Assembly: GCF_036518555.1 (NCBI RefSeq)
Contig: NZ_DATDMY010000003.1
Location: forward strand, 2,626-66,625
DNA from: Dokdonella sp.
Lineage (GTDB): Bacteria; Pseudomonadota; Gammaproteobacteria; Xanthomonadales; Rhodanobacteraceae
DNA: 64,000 nt
Direction of reading: 5' to 3'
Below the pieces are notes generated by a model. That model was not told where the DNA came from and did not search any database. It saw nothing but the letters and a program-made list of their open reading frames with translations. A program made the translations under genes and the position numbers. Position 1 is the stretch's first letter, and each line of letters opens with the position of its first letter. Shown here in pieces: positions 1-10,322 of this stretch.

Positions 1-958
1 AGATGCCGAGATGGCGATCATCCGGCGTGGCGATGTCGAGGCTCAACGCGGTCGTGTTCGCGGCGCCCCTCGCGTTGTGGCAGTGGCCGCAATTGATGTC
101 GAGGTAGGCGCGTGCACGGGCGTCGAGCGGCTGCGCGGCGTCGCTCCAGACCGCGTTGCGCGGCGCCGCCGCGGGCGCGGGCGCGCCGGCGAGATAGCCG
201 ACGCGGGCGAGTTCGGCGAGCTGGTTGCGTACGCCGTCGGCGTAACGGAAATCGCGGTTGAGGTGGCGCGCCTTCGGCCCGATAGGGCCGATCTCGCGCG
301 TGATCCAGTCGCGCGCGTGGCAGCTCGCGCACTGACCCTCGTCGGGTACGACGTAGTTGAACGCCTCGCGCGCGCCGCCGGCGTCGACGAGTTCGAGCGG
401 GATGACGTCGCCCGTGCGCGCGAGGTTCGCGTCGGTCTGCGCCGCGTTCCACACGTAGGGGAATGCGACCCAGCCGTCCTCGCGACGCACGAGCAGGCGC
501 GTCTCGACGAGTCGCACGTGATCGAGGTCGACGCCGGAGGGGCCGTAGTCGTGTGCCGCGTCGTAGGTGCGCGCGACGGCGACCGCCGACCTCGCGGCGC
601 CGTCGGGCAGCGGGTAGTAGAACGTCTTGCTGATGATCGTGCCGACCGGAAAGTCGAATGCGTCGGTGGCCGAGTAGTTCGCCGACGTACCCTTGGGCAT
701 CCAGATCGTGCGCAGCTTGTGCGCGTAGTCGGTGAATAGTGGCGTGTTGAGATCGTACGGCACGACGCCGTCGTTCGGTACGAGGCGCTTCCCGGCGACG
801 TCGAGCACATGCCAGTCGCTGAGCCGTTGCGGTCGGCCGTCGGCATGGAAGGCGACCGGTGGCGGCGCGCGGTGGCATGCGCCGAGGGCGAGCAGCGCCG
901 CCGCGACGACGATCGCGCGCGCGAGCGACGAAGCCTTCGCGAAGCCGCGGCCGATCAT
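1..958 (-). CDS. SO2930/HNE_0200-family diheme c-type cytochrome lipoprotein (partial, runs off window start)
   Basis: Not in the ORF track because it has no stop in the window. Manual translation from ATG 958 gives MIGRGFAK...LLALGAC (lipobox), YDLNTPLFTDYAHKLRTIWMP, and heme motifs CASCH and CGHCH. The ATG overlaps the upstream TGA (ATGA). Confidence 0.85.
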   Translation of the reverse strand, partial: MIGRGFAKASSLARAIVVAAALLALGACHRAPPPVAFHADGRPQRLSDWHVLDVAGKRLVPNDGVVPYDLNTPLFTDYAHKLRTIWMPKGTSANYSATDAFDFPVGTIISKTFYYPLPDGAARSAVAVARTYDAAHDYGPSGVDLDHVRLVETRLLVRREDGWVAFPYVWNAAQTDANLARTGDVIPLELVDAGGAREAFNYVVPDEGQCASCHARDWITREIGPIGPKARHLNRDFRYADGVRNQLAELARVGYLAGAPAPAAAPRNAVWSDAAQPLDARARAYLDINCGHCHNARGAANTTALSLDIATPDDRHLGI

Positions 959-2190
959 GCCTTGCCCGGGAGGGCGACCGGCGGCAGCTTCTCGAGCGTG
1001 CACCGGTACGGCTTCGTGTCGGTGCTCGGGTTCTTGTAGCTGCCGGGGCCGTCCGCATTGAGCACGCCGACGTCGCCGTTCTGCACGCAGATGCGGTCGG
1101 CCGGGGGCGGCAGGCCGTCGACGAGCGCCTTGGTGTCGACGTAGCCGTCCCAGACGATGTCGGGGAAATGACCGGTCACGCCATAGACCGCGCTCTTGAG
1201 GATCTTGAGGTCCATGCCGTCGGGCGAGTCGCCACCGCCCTTGAAGCGGTTGTCGTAGATGAAGATGCCCTTCGGGTACGGGTTGTAGTTCGGGTCGACG
1301 CCCGTCTTGTTGTAATAGTTGGTCGAGAAGTAGCTCGACACGATCACGTTCGCGGTCCGGTGGTCGGCGATGTCGTTGTCGAAGATCTCGACGCGATCGT
1401 TCGAGTTGACGATCACGCCGGACCCGGCGGGCACGCTCGCGACCGCGGCGCCCTTCGCGGCGAAGTTGCCCGTGTTGTTGTCGAACACCCTGTTCTTGAA
1501 CACGCGCGCGTTGCGCCCGGCCTGCGACAGGTTCGGCATGTTGAACACGAGGATGCCGCCGGTGTTCTGCGTCGCGGTGTTCTCGTAGACGTCCGCGTCG
1601 ACCGAGTTCTCGATCTCGATGCCGGCGACGTTGCGCTCGGCGCGGTTGCGCCGCACCACGATCGTCTTCGACTGGCCGACGTAGATGCCCGCGTCGGATG
1701 CGCCGATGACCACCGAGTCCTCGATGAGCACGTTGCTGGTCTTGACCGGGTAGAGGCCGTAGGCGCCATTGGTCGTCTTCGGGCCGCCGGTCCATTCGAC
1801 GCGCACCCCGCGGATCGTGATGTTCGAGCCTTCGTTGATCTTCAGCGCATCGCCCTTGGTGTCTTCGAGTGCGAGGTTCTCGATCGTGAAGTCGCTCGCA
1901 TTGACGAGCAGTCCCTCGGGACCGACCACCTGGCCCCTGAACGAGAGCACGGTCCTGTCCATGCCGGCGCCGCGGATCGTCACGCCGTTGCTGCGCAGGC
2001 TTAGACCGCGGGTCATCGCGTAGTGGCCGGCGGGGATCTCGATCACGCTGCCCGGCCTGGCGTCGAGGAGCCTCTGTTGCAGGTCGCTCTGGAAGGCGGC
2101 ATCAGCGCCGCTCTGCGCGGGCGGCGGCGCGGTTTCGCTGCAGCCGCAGAGGGCGGCCGCGACCATGATCGTGGCAAGGCTGAGGCGCAT
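955..2190 (-). CDS. Parallel (right-handed) beta-helix repeat lipoprotein
   Basis: MRLSLATIMVAAALCGC lipobox; repeats such as GASDAGIYVGQS and NVAGIEIENS. The ORF track start at 2526 overlaps AraC, so ATG 2190 was chosen. Confidence 0.85.
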   Translation of the reverse strand: MRLSLATIMVAAALCGCSETAPPPAQSGADAAFQSDLQQRLLDARPGSVIEIPAGHYAMTRGLSLRSNGVTIRGAGMDRTVLSFRGQVVGPEGLLVNASDFTIENLALEDTKGDALKINEGSNITIRGVRVEWTGGPKTTNGAYGLYPVKTSNVLIEDSVVIGASDAGIYVGQSKTIVVRRNRAERNVAGIEIENSVDADVYENTATQNTGGILVFNMPNLSQAGRNARVFKNRVFDNNTGNFAAKGAAVASVPAGSGVIVNSNDRVEIFDNDIADHRTANVIVSSYFSTNYYNKTGVDPNYNPYPKGIFIYDNRFKGGGDSPDGMDLKILKSAVYGVTGHFPDIVWDGYVDTKALVDGLPPPADRICVQNGDVGVLNADGPGSYKNPSTDTKPYRCTLEKLPPVALPGKA

Positions 2191-2286
2191 GACGTCGGCT
2201 CCCTTGGAATCCCCGGGGTGCGGCGGCTGGAACGTCCATGCCGCGGCGTATTGCCGCACTCTCGGTGAACTCGTCGCGATCCGCGA

Positions 2287-2324
2287 GGGGGGGATTTTCC
2301 GCCAATGGGGGGTGAATCGGCCAA
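2287..2324 (-). promoter_or_regulatory. Tandem imperfect 19-bp direct repeat, candidate AraC operator
   Basis: gggggggattttccgccaa / tggggggtgaatcggccaa (13/19 identical), lying between the AraC stop and the beta-helix gene start. Confidence 0.3.
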
Positions 2325-2335
2325 CCCGTGCGTGG

Positions 2336-3406
2336 CTAGGCGATCGCCTGGCGCGCCGCTTGCGGTGGCATGCCGGTCCAGCGCTTGAACGCGCGACGGA
2401 ACTCGCGCGGATCGCTGAAGCCGAGCTCGTTGCCGATCTCCGCGACGCTGAGGGGGCCGCGTTGCAGCAGGTCGAGCGCGCGCTCGGCCCGCACGCGGTC
2501 GTGGATCTCGCGGAAGACGCAGCCACGGTCGGCGAGGCGTCGGCGTAACGAGCGTTCGCTGAGGTTCAGGGTGCGGGCGACGTCCGGCAGTCGTGGATGC
2601 TCGCGCAGGCGGTTGCGCAGCAGGTGCTCGACCGAGGTGACGAGCTCGTCGCCGTGCGTGCCCGCATTGGCGAGCTGCTGGCGGCACAGCAGCAGCGCCT
2701 GCGTCGCCGTGAGGGGGTTGTGGCTCGCGAGCGGATGCGAGAGCCAGCGCGTGTCGATGATGGCCCGGTTGCCGTTCGCGCCGAAGCGCAGTTCGCAGCC
2801 GAAGAACGACGCATAGTCGCCGCGGTACGCGGGCGCCGGATACGCCAGCTCGAGTCGCTGCACGGCGAACGACGGACCGACCAGGCCGCGCGCGACCGCG
2901 AACGAACTCGCGAACAGCTCCTCGCAGAGGAACGGCAGCAGGTCGGGATCGCGGAAGCGCGGCCAGGCCGCGAGCGCGACTTCGCGCTCGTCGATCGCTT
3001 CGAACGTGACGTCGAGCAGGCTGCCGCACACGCGATGATGTTCGATGCCCACGCGCATCGCGTCGCCGAACGTCCGTGCGGTCATCATCGCGAGGCCGAG
3101 CAGGCCGAAGCTGCCGACGGTTTCGTTGCAGCCGACGCGCAATCCGAGCGCGGGCTCGTCGAGTGCCTTGAGCGCGCGCCGGATGACGATGCTCGCCTGG
3201 CGGTACGACACGCGCAGCGCGGGATCGGTCAATTGTGCGACGCCGAGACCGAGACCGGCGAACCAGCGATCGCAGGCGATCCCACGCGCCTTGGCGAGCT
3301 CCGTGAGGTGCACGAGCACGTTCGGCGGGATGTCCGCGAGCGTGTAGCGTGCATCCGCGTTGCGTACGGCGTCCGCATTCGCGTCCGCATCGGCGTGCTG
3401 CATCAT
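2336..3406 (-). CDS. AraC-family transcriptional regulator (OruR/arabinose-binding-like N-terminal domain)
   Basis: C-terminal double HTH (LPDVARTLNLSERSLRRRL...SVAEIGNELGFSDPREFRRAFKRWTG). Confidence 0.9.
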   Translation of the reverse strand: MMQHADADANADAVRNADARYTLADIPPNVLVHLTELAKARGIACDRWFAGLGLGVAQLTDPALRVSYRQASIVIRRALKALDEPALGLRVGCNETVGSFGLLGLAMMTARTFGDAMRVGIEHHRVCGSLLDVTFEAIDEREVALAAWPRFRDPDLLPFLCEELFASSFAVARGLVGPSFAVQRLELAYPAPAYRGDYASFFGCELRFGANGNRAIIDTRWLSHPLASHNPLTATQALLLCRQQLANAGTHGDELVTSVEHLLRNRLREHPRLPDVARTLNLSERSLRRRLADRGCVFREIHDRVRAERALDLLQRGPLSVAEIGNELGFSDPREFRRAFKRWTGMPPQAARQAIA

Positions 3407-3485
3407 CGGTGGAACCCGCGCCTCGTGGCCAAGCCGCTATCTAGCACGCGCGTCGTCGCCGTGCTTCACGCAGCGCAGCATCCGC

Positions 3486-6035
3486 TCACGGCAACAGGTC
3501 CACCGCCGCGACCACGGCACGCTCGAAGCGCGCATCGAGGCTGGCGTCGCCCGGTGCGCCGCCATCGCTCCAGCGCTGCAGCAGCCGCGCGAGTTCTTCC
3601 GCGGGCCCGATCGTGGGGCCCCCGCCCATGCGCGCGGACAGGCGGCCGATCTGCACGGCGCGGCGGCGCTCGAGGTCGTGGGCCGGCGATTCGAGGCCGG
3701 CGAGCAGCTCGAGTTCGACCAGCGTGTCGCGAAGCTGTTCATCGAGATCGGCGTCGCCTCGCGGCGGCGCGCCGGACTGCGCCGCATCGAAGCGCGCTTG
3801 CAGCGCCTGCGCCGCGACGTCGGCGGGCGGGACGGGCTGCCAGCGATCGCGGGCGGTGTCGGCGGAGATCGTCGCCGTCTCGAGCGCACGGCAGGCGCGA
3901 TAATTGTCGAGCCATGCACGGAAGCGAGCGTGACGCCGGGCGCGATCCTCGCGCTGCGCCAGCTCGCGTAGCCGCTCGCGTGCCTGGGCATGCCGTTGCG
4001 CCAGCGCCTCGTCGCGCGGGCGCAACGCGTCCCATGCCGCCTGCAGGCGACCGATCGCGCCGCGATCGGGTGGCGCGCCGGCGGCAGCGAGCGCTTCCAG
4101 CTCGACGCAGATGTCTTCCGCCTGCCGCCGCGCATCGAGGTCGCGGGCGTCGCGCTCGCTGCGCTCGGCGTCGAGCTTGCCGAACACGCGATCGATCGCC
4201 GCGCGGAACGCGGTCCACTGGGCCTGGTCGCGTGCGCGACGACCCTGGCCGGCGCGTTGCCAGCGTTGCTGCAGTTCGCGCGCGGCGGCGACCGCGCCGC
4301 GCGGCAATGCGTCCGCGAGCGCCTCGGCTTCCGCGACGAGCGCCGCCTTCGTGCGCTCGACGTCGGCATCGCGACGCTCGATGCGAGCGTCGAGTGCGGC
4401 CAGCGCCGACTTGAGCGCCTGTGCGAGCGCCTTGCGTTCGCGCGGCTCGACGCGATCGAGCGCACGCAGCGCATCGATCGTCTCGCGCCGCAGAGTCGCG
4501 ACCGTGGCCGGAGCGTCGCCGTCGTCCGCCAGCGCGGCGACGCGATCGAGCACGCCACGAATGGCGACGGCCTGCGACTCGCGCAATTCGTGGCGCTTCT
4601 TGAAGTAGCCTTGCGCGGGCGCGAGCGCGGCGCGACAGCCCGCATGGAAACGGCGTGCGAGGTCGCCTGCGCGCGCGCTGCCGCCTTCGAGCGCATCGAG
4701 TCGGCTCCATGCGGCTTGCGCCTCGCGCACCTTGCTGGCGACTGCGTCCGGATGCAGTCCGCTGCCGGGCAACGCCTCGATCGCTTCGCACAGTTGCTGG
4801 CGGTGCTGGTTGTCGGCCCACCGCTGCCAGCGGCTCAGTTCGCCGTAGCGCGCCTCGATCGCGGCGAACTGCGTCGCGAGCGCCTTCGGGAGCGGCGCCT
4901 CGATGCGCCGGCGGACCTCGTCGGTGCGAGCCTTCGCCGCATGCGCCGACGCGCTTTGGCCGGCGTCGAGCGCCGCCGAGCAGTCGCGCAAGGCTGCTTC
5001 GAGTTCGCCGAGCAGCGCGCGCTGCTGTTCGGCCTGCTGCCGGCGCGCGGCTTGCGCTTCATCGAGCGAAGCCGCGAAGCGCGCCTGGGCGATCAGTGGT
5101 GCGACCACCGCATCGGCGTCGGTCGCCTCGGCCGCTCCGGCTCCGACCGGCGCCTCCGTCGGCGCGGTCGTCGTCGCGTCCGTCGTTGCCGCGTGCGTCG
5201 CTGTGGTGGCCGGTGCGCTTGCCTCGTTCACGGTCGCGGTCGCGCGCTCGCGCGACGTCGCCGGTTCGCGACTCGCCGCGAGCAGCGCACGCGCGGCCTG
5301 GAAGCGCTGCCGCAACAGCGGCGTCGCGGCCGGTTCGATCGTAGCCCACTGCTCGACCAGCTCGCGCTCGGCGTCGGCGTGGTCGGGCACGCGCAGCAGC
5401 TGTTCGGCGCGCTCGCACAGCTGGCGCACGCGCCGCTCGAGCATGGCTTCGTCGCCGCGCTCCATGCGCAGCGCCTCGATGCGCTCGCGCGCGCGACGGC
5501 TCACCTGTTTGTCGGACTTGCGCGCGCGTTCGGCGAGCCGCTCGAGCATGGCTTCGTCGGAGAGGCGATCGACGAGGGAAAGGCGGATCGCGGCATCGCG
5601 GTCGGCGAGCGCGCGTTCGAGCAGCAGCGCCGGTCGCGTGACCTGATCGAGGGCCGCGCGCCGCAGTTCGGGTTCGCGCGCGTGCGAGGCGATCCGCTCC
5701 GCGAGCTCGGGGTCCTCCTGTGCCTTGAGCAGGCGCAGGCGCTCCGCCAGTGGCGGAGCGGCTGCGTGGCTGCCCGTGAGCAGGTCCAGCCAGAGCGTGC
5801 GCGCCTCGCTGCGCACGCCGGCGTCGGCATCGTCGCGCGAGAGCCCCTGCGCGATCCCGGGATCGGCCAGGCGCTTCGCGGCGGCAATGCGCACGCCGGC
5901 ATCGGCATCCTCGCGCGCGAGGCGACCGAGGCTTGCGACGAGGTCGGCGTCATGGTCGTGCGCGACCGCGCTGCGCCGCTGCGCGGGATCCTTGGACTGC
6001 CAGCGCGGCTTGCTGAGGAATGCGGGCAATTTCAT
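3486..6035 (-). CDS. DUF349 domain-containing helical protein
   Basis: N-terminus FLSKPRWQSKDPAQRR, HEAT-like and coiled Ala/Arg/Glu-rich repeats, WQRAG...QWTAFRAAIDRVF repeat typical of DUF349. Confidence 0.75.
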   Translation of the reverse strand: MKLPAFLSKPRWQSKDPAQRRSAVAHDHDADLVASLGRLAREDADAGVRIAAAKRLADPGIAQGLSRDDADAGVRSEARTLWLDLLTGSHAAAPPLAERLRLLKAQEDPELAERIASHAREPELRRAALDQVTRPALLLERALADRDAAIRLSLVDRLSDEAMLERLAERARKSDKQVSRRARERIEALRMERGDEAMLERRVRQLCERAEQLLRVPDHADAERELVEQWATIEPAATPLLRQRFQAARALLAASREPATSRERATATVNEASAPATTATHAATTDATTTAPTEAPVGAGAAEATDADAVVAPLIAQARFAASLDEAQAARRQQAEQQRALLGELEAALRDCSAALDAGQSASAHAAKARTDEVRRRIEAPLPKALATQFAAIEARYGELSRWQRWADNQHRQQLCEAIEALPGSGLHPDAVASKVREAQAAWSRLDALEGGSARAGDLARRFHAGCRAALAPAQGYFKKRHELRESQAVAIRGVLDRVAALADDGDAPATVATLRRETIDALRALDRVEPRERKALAQALKSALAALDARIERRDADVERTKAALVAEAEALADALPRGAVAAARELQQRWQRAGQGRRARDQAQWTAFRAAIDRVFGKLDAERSERDARDLDARRQAEDICVELEALAAAGAPPDRGAIGRLQAAWDALRPRDEALAQRHAQARERLRELAQREDRARRHARFRAWLDNYRACRALETATISADTARDRWQPVPPADVAAQALQARFDAAQSGAPPRGDADLDEQLRDTLVELELLAGLESPAHDLERRRAVQIGRLSARMGGGPTIGPAEELARLLQRWSDGGAPGDASLDARFERAVVAAVDLLP

Positions 6036-6045
6036 CGGGCGTGGA

Positions 6046-7254
6046 TCACAGGAGGTTCGTGATGATGTGGAAGCCGGCGACATACTCGCCGACGATGGTG
6101 CCGAGCGTGACGAACATGAAGTTCAGCAGCGTGCGCGCGATGCGATTCTTCCACCAGCCGGTCCAGTGCGCGACATCGTCGCGCAGGCTGTCGAAGTCGG
6201 CGACGCGCGGTTTGCGCAGCCACGCCTCGACGCCGGCGCTGAAGGCCGACGCGGGCACGCCGGGCCGGAACGGCTTGAGCGGCGCGGCGATGAATGCCGC
6301 GATCACGCTGAGCGGGTGGGCCGCGGCGACGATCGCGCCGAGCGCGGCGGCGCCGCCCGTGAACAGCGTCCAGGCGAGCAGCGCGTCGGTACCCGCGCGC
6401 GCGCCGCGCGTGAATGCGAAGCCGATCGCGCCGGCGATCACCACGAACACGCCGAACGCGAGCCACTTAGGCCAGCGCGAGGGCGGCGGCACCTGCGACA
6501 GCTTCTCGACCAGCGGGCGCGGCATCTCGGTCTGGTTCGACAGCTCGCGCTGGATGCCGGCGAGGTGGCCGGCGCCGATCACGACGAGCACGCGACGCGC
6601 CTCGCCCGAAGCGGCCTGCTCGCGCAAACGTGCGGTCATGTAACGGTCGCGCTCGCCGATCAATGCGTCGTAGAGCGGCGGCGACTCGCGCGCGAACTCG
6701 CTGAACATGCTGCCGAGCAGGTCGCCGCGCTTGAGCTTCTCGATCTCGTCCTCGCTGACGTCCTCGCGCGTGAGCACGCTCGCGCCGAGCCCTCCGACGA
6801 TCGACAGGCGGTCGAGGAAGCCGACGCTGTGGTAGGCGCGCTTGAGCGTGACGCCGATTTCGCGATCGACGAGCCAGATCGGCAGCCCGCGTTCGTCGGC
6901 GCCGTCGATCGCGGCCTTCATTTCGGCGCCGGGCTCGATGCCGAACTGCTCGGCAAGCCGGCGCTGGAACGCCGACAAGGCGAGGTTCGCCGCGACGAGC
7001 CCGACCTTGCCCTGGCGAATCACCTGGAACAGGTCGAGGCGGCGGAACGCCTCGGGGTCGCGTATCGACTGGTAGCGCGGCTCGCACAGTTCGACCGCGA
7101 CGGCGTCGAAGGCTTCGCGCTGCAGGATCTCGCGCACCGCGTCGGCGCTCACGCGCGACACGTGCGCGGTGCCGAGCAGCACGTACTCGACGTCGCCACG
7201 GCGCACGCGGGCCACGGGTTGCCCGGCGAGGGCGTCGGTGGGGTGGGTGTTCAT
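6046..7254 (-). CDS. TraB/GumN-family protein (PrgY-like)
   Basis: LLGTAHVS, VAVELC, ERDRYM, VIGAGHLAGI motifs plus C-terminal transmembrane segments. Confidence 0.85.
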   Translation of the reverse strand: MNTHPTDALAGQPVARVRRGDVEYVLLGTAHVSRVSADAVREILQREAFDAVAVELCEPRYQSIRDPEAFRRLDLFQVIRQGKVGLVAANLALSAFQRRLAEQFGIEPGAEMKAAIDGADERGLPIWLVDREIGVTLKRAYHSVGFLDRLSIVGGLGASVLTREDVSEDEIEKLKRGDLLGSMFSEFARESPPLYDALIGERDRYMTARLREQAASGEARRVLVVIGAGHLAGIQRELSNQTEMPRPLVEKLSQVPPPSRWPKWLAFGVFVVIAGAIGFAFTRGARAGTDALLAWTLFTGGAAALGAIVAAAHPLSVIAAFIAAPLKPFRPGVPASAFSAGVEAWLRKPRVADFDSLRDDVAHWTGWWKNRIARTLLNFMFVTLGTIVGEYVAGFHIITNLL

Positions 7255-7280
7255 CGGCTCATGGCCCGCGGCGTCGGCGT

Positions 7281-8168
7281 TCAATCGCGATACCGTCGCG
7301 TCAGATCGGCATAGGCGTCGATGCGGCGGTCGCGCAGGAACGGCCAGATGCGCCGCACGTGCTCGCTGCGCGCGAGATCGATGTCGGCGAACAGCAGCTC
7401 GCGACCTTCGCTGCGCGCCCGCGCGAGGAACTCGCCCTGCGGTCCGGCGACGAAGCTCGAACCCCAGAAGTCGATCCCGCGCGCGCCATCCGGCGCGGGC
7501 TCGAAGCCCGTGCGATTGCAGGCGAGCAGGGGAAGGCCGTTGGCGACCGCATGGCCGCGCTGCACGGTGATCCACGCATCGCGCTGGCGGTCCTTCTCGT
7601 CCTGCGCGTCGGCCGGGTCCCAGCCGATCGCGGTCGGGTAGAGCAGGAGATCGGCGCCCGCGAGCGCCATCAGGCGCGCGCCCTCCGGATACCACTGGTC
7701 CCAGCAGACGAGCACGCCGAGCCGCCCGACCGAGGTCGATATCGGCTCGAAGCCGAGGTCGCCCGGCGTGAAGTAGAACTTCTCGTAGAATGCCGGATCG
7801 TCCGGAATGTGCATCTTGCGGTACCGGCCGGCGATCGCGCGGGCGCAATCGAACACCACGGCCGTATTGTGGTAGAGGCCGGCGGCACGGCGTTCGAATA
7901 GCGACGCGACGACGACGAGACCGAGCTCCTCGGCGAGTCCGCCGATGCGCTCGGTGCTCGGGCCCGGGATCGCTTCGGCGCGATCGAATTCGCCGACGTG
8001 CTCGTGCTGGCAGAAGTAGGGCCCGTTGTGCAGCTCCTGCAGCAGGACCAGGCGCGCACCGCCCGCGGCGGCCTCGCGCAGGCCGGCCTCGATCGCGTCG
8101 AGGTTCGCCTCGCGGCTGCCGCGATCGGTCTCCTGCAGCAGGGCGACCTTGAGGATTTTCGTGGGCAT
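7281..8168 (-). CDS. aguB: Carbon-nitrogen hydrolase, probable N-carbamoylputrescine amidase
   Basis: Nitrilase triad: QELH (Glu), YRKMHIPDDP (Lys), VCWDQWYPE (Cys); near aguA. Confidence 0.85.
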   Translation of the reverse strand: MPTKILKVALLQETDRGSREANLDAIEAGLREAAAGGARLVLLQELHNGPYFCQHEHVGEFDRAEAIPGPSTERIGGLAEELGLVVVASLFERRAAGLYHNTAVVFDCARAIAGRYRKMHIPDDPAFYEKFYFTPGDLGFEPISTSVGRLGVLVCWDQWYPEGARLMALAGADLLLYPTAIGWDPADAQDEKDRQRDAWITVQRGHAVANGLPLLACNRTGFEPAPDGARGIDFWGSSFVAGPQGEFLARARSEGRELLFADIDLARSEHVRRIWPFLRDRRIDAYADLTRRYRD

Positions 8169-8282
8169 GATCTCGGGACGGTGATCCAAACCGGGGATGT
8201 TAGCGCGGATCGCGGACGGGGGAACGAGCATGGGGGCGGTGCGCCAGTTGTGGAAGAGGTCGCGGCAGTGTAGGAAGGCGGC

Positions 8283-10322
8283 ATGAACGCACAACGCGGG
8301 GCGGATGCCGCACTCGAGGTCCTCGTCGTCGTCGGCAGCGCCGACGAAGCGGGCCTGCGCGCGCTGCTCGCCGATGCCGGCGTCGCGATCACGAGCTGCC
8401 CCGGGACGCACGAGGCGGTCGCACGCCTCGTGCACAAGTCGTTCGACGCCATCGTTCTCTACGTTGCCGGCGCGCGCCAGCTCGAATCGGTGGCCAAGTT
8501 GCGCGCGCGCGCGCCCGATGTCGCGATGGTCGCGCTGGTCGGGCGGCAGGACCGCACGCTGTGCGAGCTCGCGACCGCGCGCGGCGCGAACGACGCGCTC
8601 GAGTTGCCCGGGCTGCAGCCGCTCGTGCTGCAGTATGCGCTGCGCCTCGCCGTGCAAGGGGTGCTGCGCGAGCGCGAGCAGCGCACGCAGAGCCTCGGCC
8701 TCAGGACCGTGTTCGACCTCGACGCGCATCCGGTCTGGATCTGCGACCCGAACACGCTGCGATTCATCGGCGCGAACCGGGCGGCGGTGGAAACCTACGG
8801 CTATTCGGAGGCGGAGTTCGGCGATCTCAGCGTGCCCGATCTGCGTCCTCGCGACGGCAGTACCGGCCCCGACCTGCCGCCCGCGGGGCGCACCGCGTTA
8901 GGCCGGCACCGCACGCGCGACGGCCGCGAGCTCGAAGTGGAGTGCTTCGCCGAGCGCACCGTCCTCTCCGGGCGCGAGGTGCTGCTGCTGCGCGCGCGCG
9001 ATGTGACCGCCGAGCGGCGCGCGATGCGCGCGCTCGAGGCGAGCGAGCGGCGCTTCCGCGACTTCTTCCAGCACAGCACGGGCTTCATCTGGATCCACGA
9101 GCTCGACGGCACCCTGTTGTCGGTGAATCCGGCCGCGGCGAGCGCGCTCGGCCGCAGCGTCGCCGAGCTGCTCGGCACGCCGCTGCGCGACCTCGCGCCG
9201 CCGCACCTGCGGTTCCTCATCGACCAGTACCAGCAGCGCATCGCCCGCGCAGGCGAGGACGCGGGCTTGCTGCGCGTGCAGAACCGCGACGGCGCCGAAC
9301 TCGTCTGGCAGTACCGCAACCGCCTTTACACCGACGCCGACGGTTCTGCGTACGTGATGGGCTACGCGCAGGACATCACCGCGATGCGCGCGGTCGAGCA
9401 GGCGCTGCAGCTCAGCGAGCAGCGCCTGCGCACGGTCGCCGACACCTTGCCGGTGAAGATCGCCTACGTGGACGCGCAGCTGCGCTTCGTGTTCGCGAAC
9501 CAGGCGTTCCGTCGCGCGTATGCGGCCGACGCCGACACGATCGTCGGCGAAGACGTGCGCAGCGTGCTCGGGGAGGCGCGTTTCGCGCGACGGGAACCCT
9601 ATCTCGGCCGCGCGCTCGCCGGCGAGCGCGTCACGTTCGAGGACGAGGAGGGCGACGGCGACGACTACCAGTGCGTCGAGATCACGTTCATCCCGGAGAC
9701 GGCCGAGAAGGACGGCAGCGTGATCGGCGTGCACGCGATGGTGCAGGACATCACCTCGAAGAAGCGCGAGGAGCGGCGCCTGATCCACCTCGCGCGGATC
9801 GATCCGCTGACCGGCCTCATGAACCGCGCCGGGTTCCACGAACGGCTCGAAGCGGCGATCGCGCGCTCGCGCGAGAAGGAATGGCTGTTGTCGGTGTTCT
9901 ACCTCGACGTCGATCGCTTCAAGCAGGTCAACGACACGCACGGCCACGCGGTCGGCGACGCGCTGATCCGTGCGTTCGCGACCCGGCTCGGCGAGAACGT
10001 GCGTGCCTCGGACGCGGTGGCGCGCCTCGGCGGCGACGAGTTCATCGTCGTGATGGAAGGCATCCCCGACGTCAAGCGCGTGCGCACGATCGCGACCAAG
10101 CTCGTGATGGCAATGTCGCGTCCGTTCGAACTGCGCAGCGAGGGCCTGACCCTCGCGATCGGCACGAGCATCGGCGTGGCCGCGTGCCAGGCGTGCCCGC
10201 TGCCGCCTTCGCAGCTCGTCGCGCGCGCCGATGCGATGCTCTACGAGGCCAAACAGGCCGGTCGAGGCACTTACCGGCTCGAACTCGTCGCGCCGATCTC
10301 GCCGGACCAGGCCAACGCCTGA
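8283..10322 (+). CDS. Diguanylate cyclase: pseudo-receiver, three PAS domains, GGDEF
   Basis: DPLTGLMNR, FKQVNDTHGHAVGD, RASD I-site, intact GGDEF; PAS motifs (ANRAA, VNPAAA, ANQAF). Confidence 0.9.
   Translation: MNAQRGADAALEVLVVVGSADEAGLRALLADAGVAITSCPGTHEAVARLVHKSFDAIVLYVAGARQLESVAKLRARAPDVAMVALVGRQDRTLCELATARGANDALELPGLQPLVLQYALRLAVQGVLREREQRTQSLGLRTVFDLDAHPVWICDPNTLRFIGANRAAVETYGYSEAEFGDLSVPDLRPRDGSTGPDLPPAGRTALGRHRTRDGRELEVECFAERTVLSGREVLLLRARDVTAERRAMRALEASERRFRDFFQHSTGFIWIHELDGTLLSVNPAAASALGRSVAELLGTPLRDLAPPHLRFLIDQYQQRIARAGEDAGLLRVQNRDGAELVWQYRNRLYTDADGSAYVMGYAQDITAMRAVEQALQLSEQRLRTVADTLPVKIAYVDAQLRFVFANQAFRRAYAADADTIVGEDVRSVLGEARFARREPYLGRALAGERVTFEDEEGDGDDYQCVEITFIPETAEKDGSVIGVHAMVQDITSKKREERRLIHLARIDPLTGLMNRAGFHERLEAAIARSREKEWLLSVFYLDVDRFKQVNDTHGHAVGDALIRAFATRLGENVRASDAVARLGGDEFIVVMEGIPDVKRVRTIATKLVMAMSRPFELRSEGLTLAIGTSIGVAACQACPLPPSQLVARADAMLYEAKQAGRGTYRLELVAPISPDQANA

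Noticed and set aside
6046-7254. TraB as a sign of a conjugative element
   Set aside because: TraB/GumN/PrgY is a chromosomal protease-like family; no T4SS, relaxase or integrase genes nearby.
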